Positions 40,861-51,005 of a stretch of 64,000 nucleotides of DNA are shown here, in pieces. Each line of letters begins with the position of its first letter. Position 1 is the stretch's first letter. The notes beneath the pieces were generated by a model. That model was not told the DNA's origin and did no database searches. It saw only the letters and a program-made list of their open reading frames with translations. The stretch is taken from assembly GCA_963746865.1 (NCBI GenBank), contig CAVVDB010000003.1, positions 513,718 through 577,717 on the forward strand, read 5' to 3'. The translations under genes were made by a program, and so were the position numbers. Source of the stretch: an uncultured Chloroflexia bacterium (GTDB lineage Bacteria > Chloroflexota > Limnocylindria > Limnocylindrales > CSP1-4).

Positions 40861-41789
40861 GACGGATCCTCGCCGCCGGTGAGGCGCAAGAACACGTCCT
40901 CGAGCGAATCGCGTCGGCGGATCAGTTCGTCGGGGTAGGTCCCGGCCGCGCCGAGCAAGCGGCTGACCGTCGCCCCGTCGGGCGCGCCATCGACCCACAG
41001 CCCGCCGGGTTCCATCGTCGGGGCGACCCGGAAGCCGGCCGCCTCGAGGACGCCCCGGGCCAGGGCCACCTCTTCGACGGCGACCCGCAGCTCGATCCGT
41101 TCACCGCCGCCGGCGAGCGCCTCGGGCGTGCCGCTCGCGACGATCCGGCCGCGGTCGACGATCGTGACGTGATCGCACGTCTTCTCGACCTCGGTCAGCA
41201 AGTGGCTGGAGAGCAGGATCGTCCTACCCTGCCCGGTCAGCGCGACGAGCAGGTCCCGGATCTCCACGATGCCCGCCGGATCGAGGCCGTTGACCGGTTC
41301 GTCGAGGATGAGGATCGGTGGATCGGCCAGCAGGGCCAGGGCGATGCCGAGCCGCTGGCGCATCCCGGTCGAGTAGCCCTTCGCCGCGCGACCGCCCGCC
41401 GCCGTGAGGTCGACCTGCGCGAGCGCCGCAGCGATCCGGACGTCGGCCGTGGCGCGCGTCCAGCCCCAGGTGGCCGCCAGGACACGCAGGTTTTCGACTC
41501 CCGACAGGTGCGGATAGAAGACCGGCGTCGCCACCATCGCGCCGACGCGCTCACCCGCGACCCAGCCCTGATCGACCGGCTCACCGGCGATCGAGACGGA
41601 TCCAGCGTCAGCGCTGACGAGCCCGACAAGGATCCGAAGGGCGGTCGTCTTGCCGGCCCCGTTCGGGCCGAGCAGGCCGACGACCTGGCCTTCCTCGACG
41701 GCGAGGTCGAGCCCGTCGAGCGCAGCCACGCTGCCATACCGCTTCCGGAGGCCGGTCGCTTCGATCGTCACGGGCATGGCGCGGAGCAT
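40857..41789 (-). CDS. ABC transporter ATP-binding protein
   Basis: Walker A GPNGAGKTT, signature YSTGMRQRL and Walker B ILILDEP. The start is ATG 41789 or 41777. Confidence 0.9.
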   Translation of the reverse strand: MLRAMPVTIEATGLRKRYGSVAALDGLDLAVEEGQVVGLLGPNGAGKTTALRILVGLVSADAGSVSIAGEPVDQGWVAGERVGAMVATPVFYPHLSGVENLRVLAATWGWTRATADVRIAAALAQVDLTAAGGRAAKGYSTGMRQRLGIALALLADPPILILDEPVNGLDPAGIVEIRDLLVALTGQGRTILLSSHLLTEVEKTCDHVTIVDRGRIVASGTPEALAGGGERIELRVAVEEVALARGVLEAAGFRVAPTMEPGGLWVDGAPDGATVSRLLGAAGTYPDELIRRRDSLEDVFLRLTGGEDPS

Positions 41790-41828
41790 TCTTGAGCGAT
41801 TGGGCGGTGTCAACCGTGTTCGCTACCA

Positions 41829-44576
41829 TTGCGTCCGATGCCGCCACCCGTCCAGACCCCAGATCCGCGGATCGTGGCGTTGCCCGCCGCCGAGATCCGC
41901 CGCCGGTTCGTCGAGTTCTTCGCCGAGCGCGGGCATGCCGTGGTGCCCAGCGCCGGGCTCGTGCCGGCGGGTGACGCCACGCTCCTGTTCACGAATTCCG
42001 GGATGGTCCAGTTCAAGGACGTCCTGATCGGGGCGGAGACCCGCTCGTACACCCGGGCGGTCGACTACCAGCGCTGCCTCCGCGTCGCGGGCAAGCACAA
42101 CGACTTCGAGGAGGTCGGCCGGACGCCCCGCCACCACACCTTCTTCGAGATGCTCGGCAACTGGTCGTTCGGCGACTACTTCAAGCGCGAGGCCATCCAC
42201 TGGGCCTGGGAGTTCCTGACCAGGGACCTCGGCATCCCGGGCGAACGGCTGGCGGCCACGACCTACAAGGACGACGACGTCGCCTGGGACATCTGGGCGG
42301 ACGAGATCGGCCTGCCGCCCGAACGGATGGCCCGCTGGGGCGATGTCGACAACGGCGACGACAACAACTTCTGGCGGATGGCCGACACGGGGCCGTGCGG
42401 ACCGTGCAGCGAGATCCACTTCGATCGCGGGGCGCACCTCTCTGAAGGGCCGCACTGCGTCCCCGACCACAGCGAGCACTGCCCGCGTTGGCTCGAGATC
42501 TGGAACCTCGTGTTCATGGAGTTCGACCAGCTGCCAGACGGCCGTGTCCCGCTGCCGTTCACGAGCGTCGACACCGGGATGGGCCTCGAGCGCCTGGCCA
42601 GCGTCCTCCAGCAGGTCCCGACCAACTACGACACGGACCTGTTCACGCCGATCCACGCCCGCATGCGCGAGCTGCTGGGGCACGATCCGGACGCGTTCGA
42701 GAGCGAGCGGTTCAGCTACCAGGTCATCGCCGACCATTCGCGGGCGGTGACCTTCCTCATCGGCGACGATGTCCTGCCATCCAACGAGGGTCGCGGCTAC
42801 GTCCTGCGCAAGCTCTTCCGACGGGCCGTTCGTCACGGCCGGCTGCTGGGGAGGCGCGAGCCGTTCATGGCCGAGGCGGCTGCGGTCGTCATCGAGGTCA
42901 TGGCTGACGCCTACCCGCACCTCGTCGCGCGGCGGGACGAGATCCTGTCGGTCATCGGCCGCGAGGAGACCCAGTTCGCCCGGACCCTCGACGCCGGGAC
43001 GAAGCATCTCGAGGAGGCGCTCGACGGCCTCACCAGCACGGATCGGAGGATCGGCCGGCGGCCGGAGGACCTACCCGCCGACGCCTCGCGGCTCGATGGC
43101 GCGATCGCCTTCCGTCTTCACGACACGTACGGCTTCCCGATCGACCTGACCGTCGAACTCGCGGCGGAATATGGCGTCGCGATCGAGCGCGAGGGGTTCG
43201 ACCGCGCGCTGGCCGAGCAACGCGACCGGAGCCGCTCGGGCAAGAAGGCCGACCTCGCGAGGCAGGCTGGATCGTCCGCCCTGTATGGCGCGGTCCAGGG
43301 TCGCGTCGGCGACACGCGGTTCCTCGGCTACGAGAGGACGACCGCCGAGGGTCGCATCGTCGCCATCCTCCGCGACGGGATGGAGTTCGAAGAACTGACC
43401 GGGCATGGCGAGGCCCAGCTCATCCTCGACCAGACACCGTTCTACGCGGAGGGTGGCGGACAGGTCGGTGACCAGGGCGTCATCCGCGAAGCCGACGGCG
43501 GCAGCGAGCTGTTCACGGTCAGCGACACGCAGCGGCCCCACGGCGGGCTGATCGTCCACCACGGCACGCTCCATGGCCGGCTCAGGGTCGGGGAGACGGT
43601 CGAGGCCGTCGTCGACGCCGAGCGGCGCGCCCACACGATGCGAAACCACACGGGCACGCACCTGCTCCACCGGGCGCTCCGGAACGTCGTCGGGGAGCGG
43701 GCCCGCCAGGCCGGCTCGCTGGTCACGCCCGACTACCTGCGCTTCGACTTCCCGTTCGATCGGGCGCTGACCGACGACGAGAAGCGCGCCATCGAGGACG
43801 AGGTTCGCCGAATCATCCGCGACGATCGGCCCGTCTCCATCGCGTTCATGACGATGCCCGACGCGATCGAGGGAGGCGCCGACGCCTTCTTCGACGAGAA
43901 GTACGGCGAGACGGTCCGGACCATCCGTGTCCAGGACTACAGCTTCGAGCTGTGCGGCGGGACGCACTGTCGGGCCAGCGGGCAGATCGGCGGCTTCCAC
44001 ATCACCGGCGAGCGGAGCATCGGCTCCGGGATGCGCCGGATCGAGGCGGTCACGGGTGCCGCGGCGGATCGTCATGTCGCGGACCGAATGCGACTCCTCG
44101 ACGAAGCGGCCGACCTCGCCGGAGCGCGGACCGTGGAGGCGCTGCCGGACCGGATCCGCAGCCTGGCCGCGCAGGCCAAGTCGCGTGGCGGGGTCCAGGT
44201 CGCGGCCAGTGTCGGTGCCAACACGATCGTCGAGCGCGCCGTCGAGATCGCCCCGGGGGTTCGCGTCGCGGCCTACGCGGGCGGTTTCGGATCGATCGAA
44301 GCGCTCAAGGCGATGGCCAAGGACGTTCGCGGGCTGATGGCCTCGGGGGTCGTGGCGCTCGCGCTCGATGCCGACGAGCCGCAGCTGTTCGTCACCGTCT
44401 CCGACGATCTCGTCAAACGCGGCATCGCCGCCGGAGAGCTGGTCAGGGCCGCCATGCCGGCGATCGAGGGGCGAGGCGGCGGAAGACCCGAGATGGCCCA
44501 GGGCAAGGGCACCCGGCGCGACGGCATCGAGGCGGCCCTGGAGGCGCTCAAGGCCGCGGCCACCGCGGCGGCCTGA
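41829..44576 (+). CDS. alaS: Alanine--tRNA ligase
   Basis: 915 aa and intact. FTNSGMVQFK, RCLRVAGKHNDFEEVG, FFEMLGNWSFGDYFK, the editing-domain HTGTHLLH and CGGTHC motifs, and a C-terminal DHHA1 domain. Confidence 0.95.
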   Translation: MRPMPPPVQTPDPRIVALPAAEIRRRFVEFFAERGHAVVPSAGLVPAGDATLLFTNSGMVQFKDVLIGAETRSYTRAVDYQRCLRVAGKHNDFEEVGRTPRHHTFFEMLGNWSFGDYFKREAIHWAWEFLTRDLGIPGERLAATTYKDDDVAWDIWADEIGLPPERMARWGDVDNGDDNNFWRMADTGPCGPCSEIHFDRGAHLSEGPHCVPDHSEHCPRWLEIWNLVFMEFDQLPDGRVPLPFTSVDTGMGLERLASVLQQVPTNYDTDLFTPIHARMRELLGHDPDAFESERFSYQVIADHSRAVTFLIGDDVLPSNEGRGYVLRKLFRRAVRHGRLLGRREPFMAEAAAVVIEVMADAYPHLVARRDEILSVIGREETQFARTLDAGTKHLEEALDGLTSTDRRIGRRPEDLPADASRLDGAIAFRLHDTYGFPIDLTVELAAEYGVAIEREGFDRALAEQRDRSRSGKKADLARQAGSSALYGAVQGRVGDTRFLGYERTTAEGRIVAILRDGMEFEELTGHGEAQLILDQTPFYAEGGGQVGDQGVIREADGGSELFTVSDTQRPHGGLIVHHGTLHGRLRVGETVEAVVDAERRAHTMRNHTGTHLLHRALRNVVGERARQAGSLVTPDYLRFDFPFDRALTDDEKRAIEDEVRRIIRDDRPVSIAFMTMPDAIEGGADAFFDEKYGETVRTIRVQDYSFELCGGTHCRASGQIGGFHITGERSIGSGMRRIEAVTGAAADRHVADRMRLLDEAADLAGARTVEALPDRIRSLAAQAKSRGGVQVAASVGANTIVERAVEIAPGVRVAAYAGGFGSIEALKAMAKDVRGLMASGVVALALDADEPQLFVTVSDDLVKRGIAAGELVRAAMPAIEGRGGGRPEMAQGKGTRRDGIEAALEALKAAATAAA

Positions 44577-45838
44577 TGGCCTTCTGGCGGAGGATCTGGC
44601 AGCGGGACTCGGCCGAGGCGCTGGCCGCCTGCACGGCGCTCGATGTCGGGACGGAGTTCGCCAAGGCCCTGGTCTTCGATATCGACGCCGGCGGGCACGG
44701 CACCGTCCGCGGCGTCGGCCGTAAGCGCCAGGGCCTGTCCCACATGCAATCGGGGACGGTCGCCGATATCGCCGCCGTCGTCGACAACTGCGCTGTCGCG
44801 CTCCAGGAGGCCGAAGAGATGGCCGGCTTCCGCCCGACCCAGGTGGTCATCGGGATCGCCGGCGAGCTGGTCAAGGGCTTCACCACGACCCACAGCCAGG
44901 AACGCAAGAAGCCGGACCAGCCGATCAGCGAGGGCGAGCTCCAGAAACTCATCGACGTCGTCCAGCGCGAGGCCCTCCACGAGGCGGAGCGGGCGATCAC
45001 CTGGGAGACGGGGCTGCCCCATGTCGACGTCCGGCTCGTCCACGCCGCGGTGACCGGGGCCTCGATCGACGGCTACGCGTTGACCAACCCGGTCGGGTTC
45101 CAGGGCCGCCACGTCAAGATCGGCATCTTCAACGCGTTCGCGCCGCTCGTCCATCTCGGTGCGCTCCAGAGCGTCGCCTCCCAGCTCGACCTCGAACTCC
45201 TCGAGATCGTCGCCGAACCCTATGCCGTCGCGCGCGTGCTCGGGTCGGACCACATCCGCCAGGCCGGGGCGCTGTTCGTCGATGTCGGTGGCGGTACGAC
45301 CGACGTCGCGCTTGTCCGCCAGGGCGGGATCGAGGGGACCCGGATGTTCGCCCTGGGTGGTCGTGCCTTCACCAAGAGCCTCGCCGACCGGCTGGACCTG
45401 CCGTTCCCGCGGGCGGAGGCGCTCAAGGTCGACTATGCGCGCGGCCTCGCCGTCGACAACGCGTCGGAGGTCGCGACCATCGTGGCCGACGACGTCCGGG
45501 TCTGGGCCGCCGGCGTCGAGCTGGTCATGGAGGAGCTGTCGGGCGGCGATCTCCTGCCCGGGCGGATCTTCCTGTGCGGCGGCGGCTCACGATTGCCGGA
45601 GATCCCGGCGGCCCTCTCGTCGGCTGCGTTCTACGAGCGGCTGCCGTTCGCCCGCCCGCCCGAGGTCACGGTCATGGCCCCGGACCAGATCGAAACGATC
45701 TCCGACGCGACGGACCTGCTCATCGACCAGCAGGACGTCACGCCGCTCGGCCTCGCGTTCCAGGCGATCGACCTCCAGACCTCCGAGGATCCGCTCGACG
45801 CGGCGCTGCGCCGGGTCCTCAAAGCGATGAAGGTCTAA
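44576..45838 (+). CDS. FtsA-like actin-fold (ASKHA) ATPase
   Basis: ATG 44576 (TGATG overlap with alaS). LDVGTEFAKALVF and FVDVGGGTTDVAL phosphate-binding motifs, plus LCGGGSRLPEI. It lies inside track ORF 43952..45838. Confidence 0.75.
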   Translation: MAFWRRIWQRDSAEALAACTALDVGTEFAKALVFDIDAGGHGTVRGVGRKRQGLSHMQSGTVADIAAVVDNCAVALQEAEEMAGFRPTQVVIGIAGELVKGFTTTHSQERKKPDQPISEGELQKLIDVVQREALHEAERAITWETGLPHVDVRLVHAAVTGASIDGYALTNPVGFQGRHVKIGIFNAFAPLVHLGALQSVASQLDLELLEIVAEPYAVARVLGSDHIRQAGALFVDVGGGTTDVALVRQGGIEGTRMFALGGRAFTKSLADRLDLPFPRAEALKVDYARGLAVDNASEVATIVADDVRVWAAGVELVMEELSGGDLLPGRIFLCGGGSRLPEIPAALSSAAFYERLPFARPPEVTVMAPDQIETISDATDLLIDQQDVTPLGLAFQAIDLQTSEDPLDAALRRVLKAMKV

Positions 45839-45842
45839 CGCC

Positions 45843-47624
45843 GTGGCGGGCCGGATCATCTATCTCGAGGTCGATGACGAGATCACCTCGGCCGCTGCTC
45901 GCATCCGCGGGTCCGAGTCGGCGCGGTTGGCCGTCGTCCTGCCGCACGGATCGCGGGTCGCGACGTCACGGATCAACTTCCGGCTGCTGGCGCGTGATGC
46001 CCTGACCCACGAGAAGCGGCTGTCGATCGTCGCCGCAGACCCGGCGACCCGGGCGCTGGCGGCCTCGGCGGGCTTACCGGTCTTCAGTTCTGTGGCGGAG
46101 TACGAATCGTCGCTCGTCGGGGTCGACGAGGAGCCCTCGCGGGACGGGCAGGCGCCCGCCGCCGCCGTGGTTGTCGCAGCCGCGGTCACGCCGGCCCCGC
46201 CCCAGCCGACCGAGGCGCCGCCGTCGGACGGGACCCTGGGCCTGGTCGTGCCGGTGGCCGCGGTCGGCGCGGCCGGACTTGCGGCTGCGTCGGCGGACGT
46301 GCCGTCCGGCGAGACCATCCGCACGACCGTCCCTCGACGAGAGCCGACCGCCGACCCCTATCCCGTCGACCGGGGGCGGGGAGCAGGCGGCCCTCCCGGT
46401 CCGGTCGCACCCACCCGGGCCGGGTCGAGCGGGGGTCGGCGGACCCCGTGGCTGATCGGTGCCGCGATCCTCGCGCTGGCCGTTCTGGTCGCGTCGGTCG
46501 GCGCCTATCTCCTCCTGCCGTCGGCCAAGATCGTGGTCACGCCTCGGCCGGAACCCGTCGGGCCGATCCACCTCACCGTCGTGGCCGACCCGAACGTCAC
46601 GCAACCCGATGCGGCCGCCGGTGTCGTCCCGGCCAAGGAGATCTCCATCCCCGTCGCGGTGGACGACACGTTCAGCGCCACCGGCAAGCGTGTCGAACTG
46701 ACCAACGCCACCGGTGTGGCGCGCTTCGAGAACCGCGATCCGACGAGCGTGAACCGGATCGCTTCAGGGAGCATCGTCCGGACCGCCTCCGGGGTCCGGT
46801 TCCGGACCAACGTGGCCCTCACGGTCCCACGGGCCGAGCTCGTCGGCTTGACCATCTTCCCGGCGCGGGCCAGCGTCAGGATCACCGCCGTCGATGGAGG
46901 CCCGGAGGGCAATGTCGATGCCGGCACGATCGTCATCGGGCCGAGCGCCGAGAACTCGCTGTTCCTGAAGGTCACCAACCCGGAGCCCACGACCGGGGGG
47001 ACCCGCCAGGAGTTCACCACGGTCACCCAGAAGGACGTCAACGACGCGCTCGCGACGCTCGACACGTCGCTCAAGACGGCCTTTGTCGCGGCCATGGTCG
47101 ATCCGGCGCTGACTGCAGGTGGAGCAACGGTCTTCCCGTCCACCGGCGAACTGGGTCCCTCGACCCCGACCGTCCCGCCGGAGAGTCTCGTCGGGCAGGA
47201 GGTCACGACGTTCGCACTCGGCCTGTCGGCGACAGGCACCGTCATCAGTACGGACACCGCCCCGATCGAGGCGATCGCGGCCACCCAGGTCCGGACGGCG
47301 GTCAAGCCGGACTACCGGCTCGTCGTGGGGTCGATGAAGGTCGAGGTCGGCGAGGCGATCATCGTCGGTCAGTCGGTCAGCTTCCCGGTCACCGCGTCAG
47401 CCGAGCAGATCGCGATCCTCGACCCGGACGAGCTGACCACGCTCGTGCTCGGCAAGCCGATCGCGGAAGCGCAGGCGATCCTCGCGCCGTACGGCGAGGT
47501 CGTCCTGTCGGTCTCGCCCGACTGGGCCAACTCCATCCCGACCTTCGAGAACCGGGTGGACCTGACCATCGGCCACGCGGTCGAGATCGAGACCCCGGCG
47601 CCGAGCGGATCGGCCGGCCCATGA
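45843..47624 (+). CDS. Hypothetical single-pass membrane protein (cytoplasmic N-domain, Pro/Ala linker, large extracytoplasmic beta-rich domain)
   Basis: 593-aa intact ORF starting 5 nt after the FtsA-like gene. TM helix WLIGAAILALAVLVASVGAYLLL. The extracytoplasmic part loosely recalls baseplate-J-like annotations; that similarity is from memory and unverified. Confidence 0.6.
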   Translation: MAGRIIYLEVDDEITSAAARIRGSESARLAVVLPHGSRVATSRINFRLLARDALTHEKRLSIVAADPATRALAASAGLPVFSSVAEYESSLVGVDEEPSRDGQAPAAAVVVAAAVTPAPPQPTEAPPSDGTLGLVVPVAAVGAAGLAAASADVPSGETIRTTVPRREPTADPYPVDRGRGAGGPPGPVAPTRAGSSGGRRTPWLIGAAILALAVLVASVGAYLLLPSAKIVVTPRPEPVGPIHLTVVADPNVTQPDAAAGVVPAKEISIPVAVDDTFSATGKRVELTNATGVARFENRDPTSVNRIASGSIVRTASGVRFRTNVALTVPRAELVGLTIFPARASVRITAVDGGPEGNVDAGTIVIGPSAENSLFLKVTNPEPTTGGTRQEFTTVTQKDVNDALATLDTSLKTAFVAAMVDPALTAGGATVFPSTGELGPSTPTVPPESLVGQEVTTFALGLSATGTVISTDTAPIEAIAATQVRTAVKPDYRLVVGSMKVEVGEAIIVGQSVSFPVTASAEQIAILDPDELTTLVLGKPIAEAQAILAPYGEVVLSVSPDWANSIPTFENRVDLTIGHAVEIETPAPSGSAGP

Positions 47625-48118
47625 CTCGGTTCCTCGGCGTCGACCTCGGGGAGCGGCGGATCGGACTGGCGCTCGCCGACGACGATGGATCCGCCGCCCT
47701 CCCGCTGACGACGCTTCGACGCGGGGCGGATCTCGACGCGGACACCGCCGGGCTGCGCGCGGTGGTCGATGCGAACAGCGTCACGGAACTCGTCGTCGGG
47801 CTCCCGCTGGAGGCCTCCGGGGCGGAAGGCCCCCAGGCGGCCCTCACTCGCGCCTGGGCGGAGGCCATCGGGACACGCCTGGATCTCCCCGTGACCCTTC
47901 GCGACGAGCGGCTGACCAGCCACCTTGCGGAGACGCGTCTGGGCCCCATGAAGCGCGGCCGATCCGGTGGCCCGCCGACGAAGATCCAGCGGGACGGGTA
48001 TCGTTCCCGGGTCGATCGCGAGGCGGCCGCCATCATCCTCCAGGACGAGCTCGACACACGAGCGGGTACCCGTTCGTCACTGCCACGCACCCCAGACCCC
48101 CAGGAGACCAGCCGATGA
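47621..48118 (+). CDS. ruvX: Holliday-junction-resolvase-like nuclease RuvX (YqgF)
   Basis: ATG 47621 (ATGA overlap). FLGVDLGERRIGLALAD and DERLTS motifs. It lies inside track ORF 46448..48118. Confidence 0.85.
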   Translation: MTRFLGVDLGERRIGLALADDDGSAALPLTTLRRGADLDADTAGLRAVVDANSVTELVVGLPLEASGAEGPQAALTRAWAEAIGTRLDLPVTLRDERLTSHLAETRLGPMKRGRSGGPPTKIQRDGYRSRVDREAAAIILQDELDTRAGTRSSLPRTPDPQETSR

Positions 48119-49494
48119 CGATCCGCTCCGGCGGACGCCCACGGGACAGCCGCGCCACGCCGGCTCGCCCGTACGATGAAGACGCCTACGCCACCGAGAG
48201 CATCCCCGAGTTCTCCGAGCCGGTCCCTCGCCGGGACAACGGCCGGGGTCGCGGTGGTTCGGGCCATGGGCTGATCGGCTTCCTGAAGTTCGTCGTCTTC
48301 GCGGTCGTGCTGGCGGTCGTCGTCCTGGCCGTCTCGCTGACGGCCCTGCGACCGGTCGTCGCCGAGGCGGTGGTCGGGATCGCCGGCGACAACCCCGCCG
48401 CCCTCCGGCTGCCGTTCGTCAAGGAGATGGTCCAGGAGAACCTGGGCGCGACCCTCACGACCGCGGCATCCACGGATCCGGCCCAGGTCGAATTCCTGGT
48501 CGAGAAGGGTGATACCGCGAGCTCGATCGCCGACCGCCTGGAAGCTGACGGGCTGCTCACCGACAGCCGGGCGTTCGTGTTCATCGCCATCGACCAGAGT
48601 CTGACCGGATCCCTCCAGCAGGGAACCTTCGTCCTGCGCAAGAACATGACACCCGACCAGCTCGTCCGGGCGCTGCTGGCGCCGCCGACCGTCAAGTACG
48701 TCGACATCGCCCTGCGCAAGAGCCTTCGCCTCGAGCAGATCACCGCCAAGCTGCAGACCCTGCCCCTCCAGATGGACGTGCAGGAGTTCTACGAGATCGC
48801 CAAGTCGCCCCCGCCGGCTCTGCTCGCCGACTATCCGTGGCTCAAGAAGATCCTGGCCGATGCCCCGAAGGGCGCGTCGCTCGAGGGCTTCCTGTGGCCG
48901 TCGACCTATCGCGTCCTGCCCGACACGACGCCCGAGGAACTCATCCGCCTGATGCTGGACAAGTTCATCAAGGATGTCGGCGAGACCCGCCTGGTGGTGC
49001 CGGCTTCACGCGGCCTGACCTTCTACCAGGTGATGGCGCTTGCCTCGATCGTCGAGCGGGAGGCCGTGCTCGACGAGGAGCGCCCACTCATCGCCGGGGT
49101 CTACCAGAACCGGATCGATGGGATTCCCGGGATCAAGAACAAGATCCTCAATGCCGATCCGACCGTCCTGTACGCCATCGACACGATGGAGCTCGACAAG
49201 CTCGATTTCGATACATGGCAGCAATACGCCTTCTGGAAGCCACCGGGAACGCCGCTGGGCGAGGTGGTGGTGCCCGACGAGCTGCACGGCTACCAGACGT
49301 ACAAGACGCCGGGCCTGATCCCGGGGCCGATCGCCACGCCGAGCCTGCCGTCCATCGATGCGGCCCTCGAACCGGACACGGCCGCCAAGTACCTCTACTT
49401 CCTGGCCATCCCAGACGGGGCCGGCGCTCACGCCTTCGCCAAGACGGCGGCCGAGCACGACGCGAACCGGAAGAAGTACGGCTACATCCCGTGA
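48115..49494 (+). CDS. mltG: Endolytic murein transglycosylase MltG (YceG-like)
   Basis: ATGA overlap with ruvX. It has an N-terminal TM helix, a LysM-like segment, ASIVEREA with the catalytic Glu, and YNTY-like YQTYKTPGLIPGPI. Confidence 0.85.
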   Translation: MTIRSGGRPRDSRATPARPYDEDAYATESIPEFSEPVPRRDNGRGRGGSGHGLIGFLKFVVFAVVLAVVVLAVSLTALRPVVAEAVVGIAGDNPAALRLPFVKEMVQENLGATLTTAASTDPAQVEFLVEKGDTASSIADRLEADGLLTDSRAFVFIAIDQSLTGSLQQGTFVLRKNMTPDQLVRALLAPPTVKYVDIALRKSLRLEQITAKLQTLPLQMDVQEFYEIAKSPPPALLADYPWLKKILADAPKGASLEGFLWPSTYRVLPDTTPEELIRLMLDKFIKDVGETRLVVPASRGLTFYQVMALASIVEREAVLDEERPLIAGVYQNRIDGIPGIKNKILNADPTVLYAIDTMELDKLDFDTWQQYAFWKPPGTPLGEVVVPDELHGYQTYKTPGLIPGPIATPSLPSIDAALEPDTAAKYLYFLAIPDGAGAHAFAKTAAEHDANRKKYGYIP

Positions 49495-50717
49495 CGGGGC
49501 TGCCCGTCCCGGCCGATTTCGCGCCGGCGCCATCACCGGCCGCGCTCGCCGGCTGGGAAGCCGCCGACCGCCTCGCCCGTCCCGATCGGCTGGGGCGCCT
49601 TCGAGCGCGGTTCGCCGCCGCCGGCATCGATGCCTACTTCGGGGTTCGGCGCGAGCACATGCGCTACCTGACCGGGTTCACCCTCGCTGACGGCGAGGAG
49701 AAGGTCGCGGGGAACTCGGGGCAGTTCCTGGTGGGTGGCGAGGAGGTCGCGGTCCTCGCCGATTCCCGGTACACGGTCCAGGTCCGTCGCGAGGCACCGG
49801 ATGTGCGCCTGTTCGAGGCGTACAACGACCTGCCGAGCCGCTGGGCGGCGCTCGTGGCGTCGGTCGGGGCGCGACGCGTCGGTGTCGAGGCGGGTTTCGT
49901 GTCGCACGCGCTGTGGGAGCGTCTGGCGGCCGCGGCGCCGGACGTCGAACTCGTCCCCGTCGAGGGCTGGGTGGAAGCCGACCGCGCCGTCAAGGAACCG
50001 GCCGAGATCGAGCGGATCGCCGCGGCGTGTGCCGTGGCCGACCGCGCCCTGGCCGGCCTGCTGCCGGAGATCCGGCGCGGGATGACCGAGGTGGACCTCG
50101 CCCTGCGGCTGGAATGGGCGATCCGGACCGGCGGCGCCGAGGCGCTCGCGTTCGACGTGGCCTGCCTGTCCGGGCCGGAGGCGGCGCTGCCGCACGGCGC
50201 TCCTGGCGAGCGGCCCATCCTCGATGGGACCGTCCTGCTGTTCGACTTCGGTGCGCAGGTTTGCGGCTATCGGAGCGACATGACGCGCACCCTGTTCGTC
50301 GGCGAGCCGTCGGCGCGCGACCTCGACATCCATGGTCTGGTGGCGCGCGCCCAGGCGGCTGCGATCGATGCCCTTGGGGCCGGCGTGGCGCGTGCCGCCG
50401 ACGGCGACCCACTCCCGACCGGCCCATCGGTCGACGCGGTCGCCCGCGAGGTCATCGCCGCGGCCGGACACGGAGCCCATTTCGGCCACAGCCTCGGACA
50501 CGGGATCGGCCTGGCCACGCACGAATCTCCGTCGCTCGGCCGCCTGGCGGCCGACATGCCGCTCCCGAGCCCGACCGTCTTCTCGGTCGAGCCCGGTGTC
50601 TACCTCGAGGGCGAGATGGGCGTCCGGATCGAGGACCTCGTCGTCCTCGATGCCGCGGCCGGGCGCCTCGAGCGGCTGACCAACTTCCCGCGCGAGGCGC
50701 TGGTCGTCGGGGGCTGA
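49491..50717 (+). CDS. Xaa-Pro aminopeptidase / M24-family metallopeptidase
   Basis: GTG 49491 (GTGA overlap). Creatinase-like N-domain, then the metal ligands in DFGAQVCGYRSDMTRT, HSLGHGIG, SVEPGVY and RIED. Confidence 0.85.
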   Translation: MTGLPVPADFAPAPSPAALAGWEAADRLARPDRLGRLRARFAAAGIDAYFGVRREHMRYLTGFTLADGEEKVAGNSGQFLVGGEEVAVLADSRYTVQVRREAPDVRLFEAYNDLPSRWAALVASVGARRVGVEAGFVSHALWERLAAAAPDVELVPVEGWVEADRAVKEPAEIERIAAACAVADRALAGLLPEIRRGMTEVDLALRLEWAIRTGGAEALAFDVACLSGPEAALPHGAPGERPILDGTVLLFDFGAQVCGYRSDMTRTLFVGEPSARDLDIHGLVARAQAAAIDALGAGVARAADGDPLPTGPSVDAVAREVIAAAGHGAHFGHSLGHGIGLATHESPSLGRLAADMPLPSPTVFSVEPGVYLEGEMGVRIEDLVVLDAAAGRLERLTNFPREALVVGG

Positions 50718-50752
50718 CAGGGCGGCGAGACGCCCGCTACGCTGGCGCGACC

Positions 50753-50992
50753 ATGGATTCCCTTCCGTTCGATCTGTTCGACTTCATGGGCCCGATGCTC
50801 GTCGTAAGCCTGGTCGTGCCGCTCGTCATCACGGGACTCGTGGTCGGCGTCATCGTCTGGGCGATCCGTCGCAGTGCCCCGCCGAGCGAGGATCCCGCCG
50901 TCGCCGAGCTGAAGGCGCGGCTCGCTCGCGGCGAGATCTCTCCGGTGGAGTACCAGGTTCGGATGCGGGCGTTGCAGGACGCCGAGGAATGA
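50753..50992 (+). CDS. Small membrane protein with a C-terminal SHOCT domain
   Basis: ATG 50753. One TM helix (MLVVSLVVPLVITGLVVGVIVWAI), then LKARLARGEISPVEYQVRMRAL, which is SHOCT-like. Confidence 0.55.
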   Translation: MDSLPFDLFDFMGPMLVVSLVVPLVITGLVVGVIVWAIRRSAPPSEDPAVAELKARLARGEISPVEYQVRMRALQDAEE

Positions 50993-51005
50993 GGAGCACG
51001 AACAG

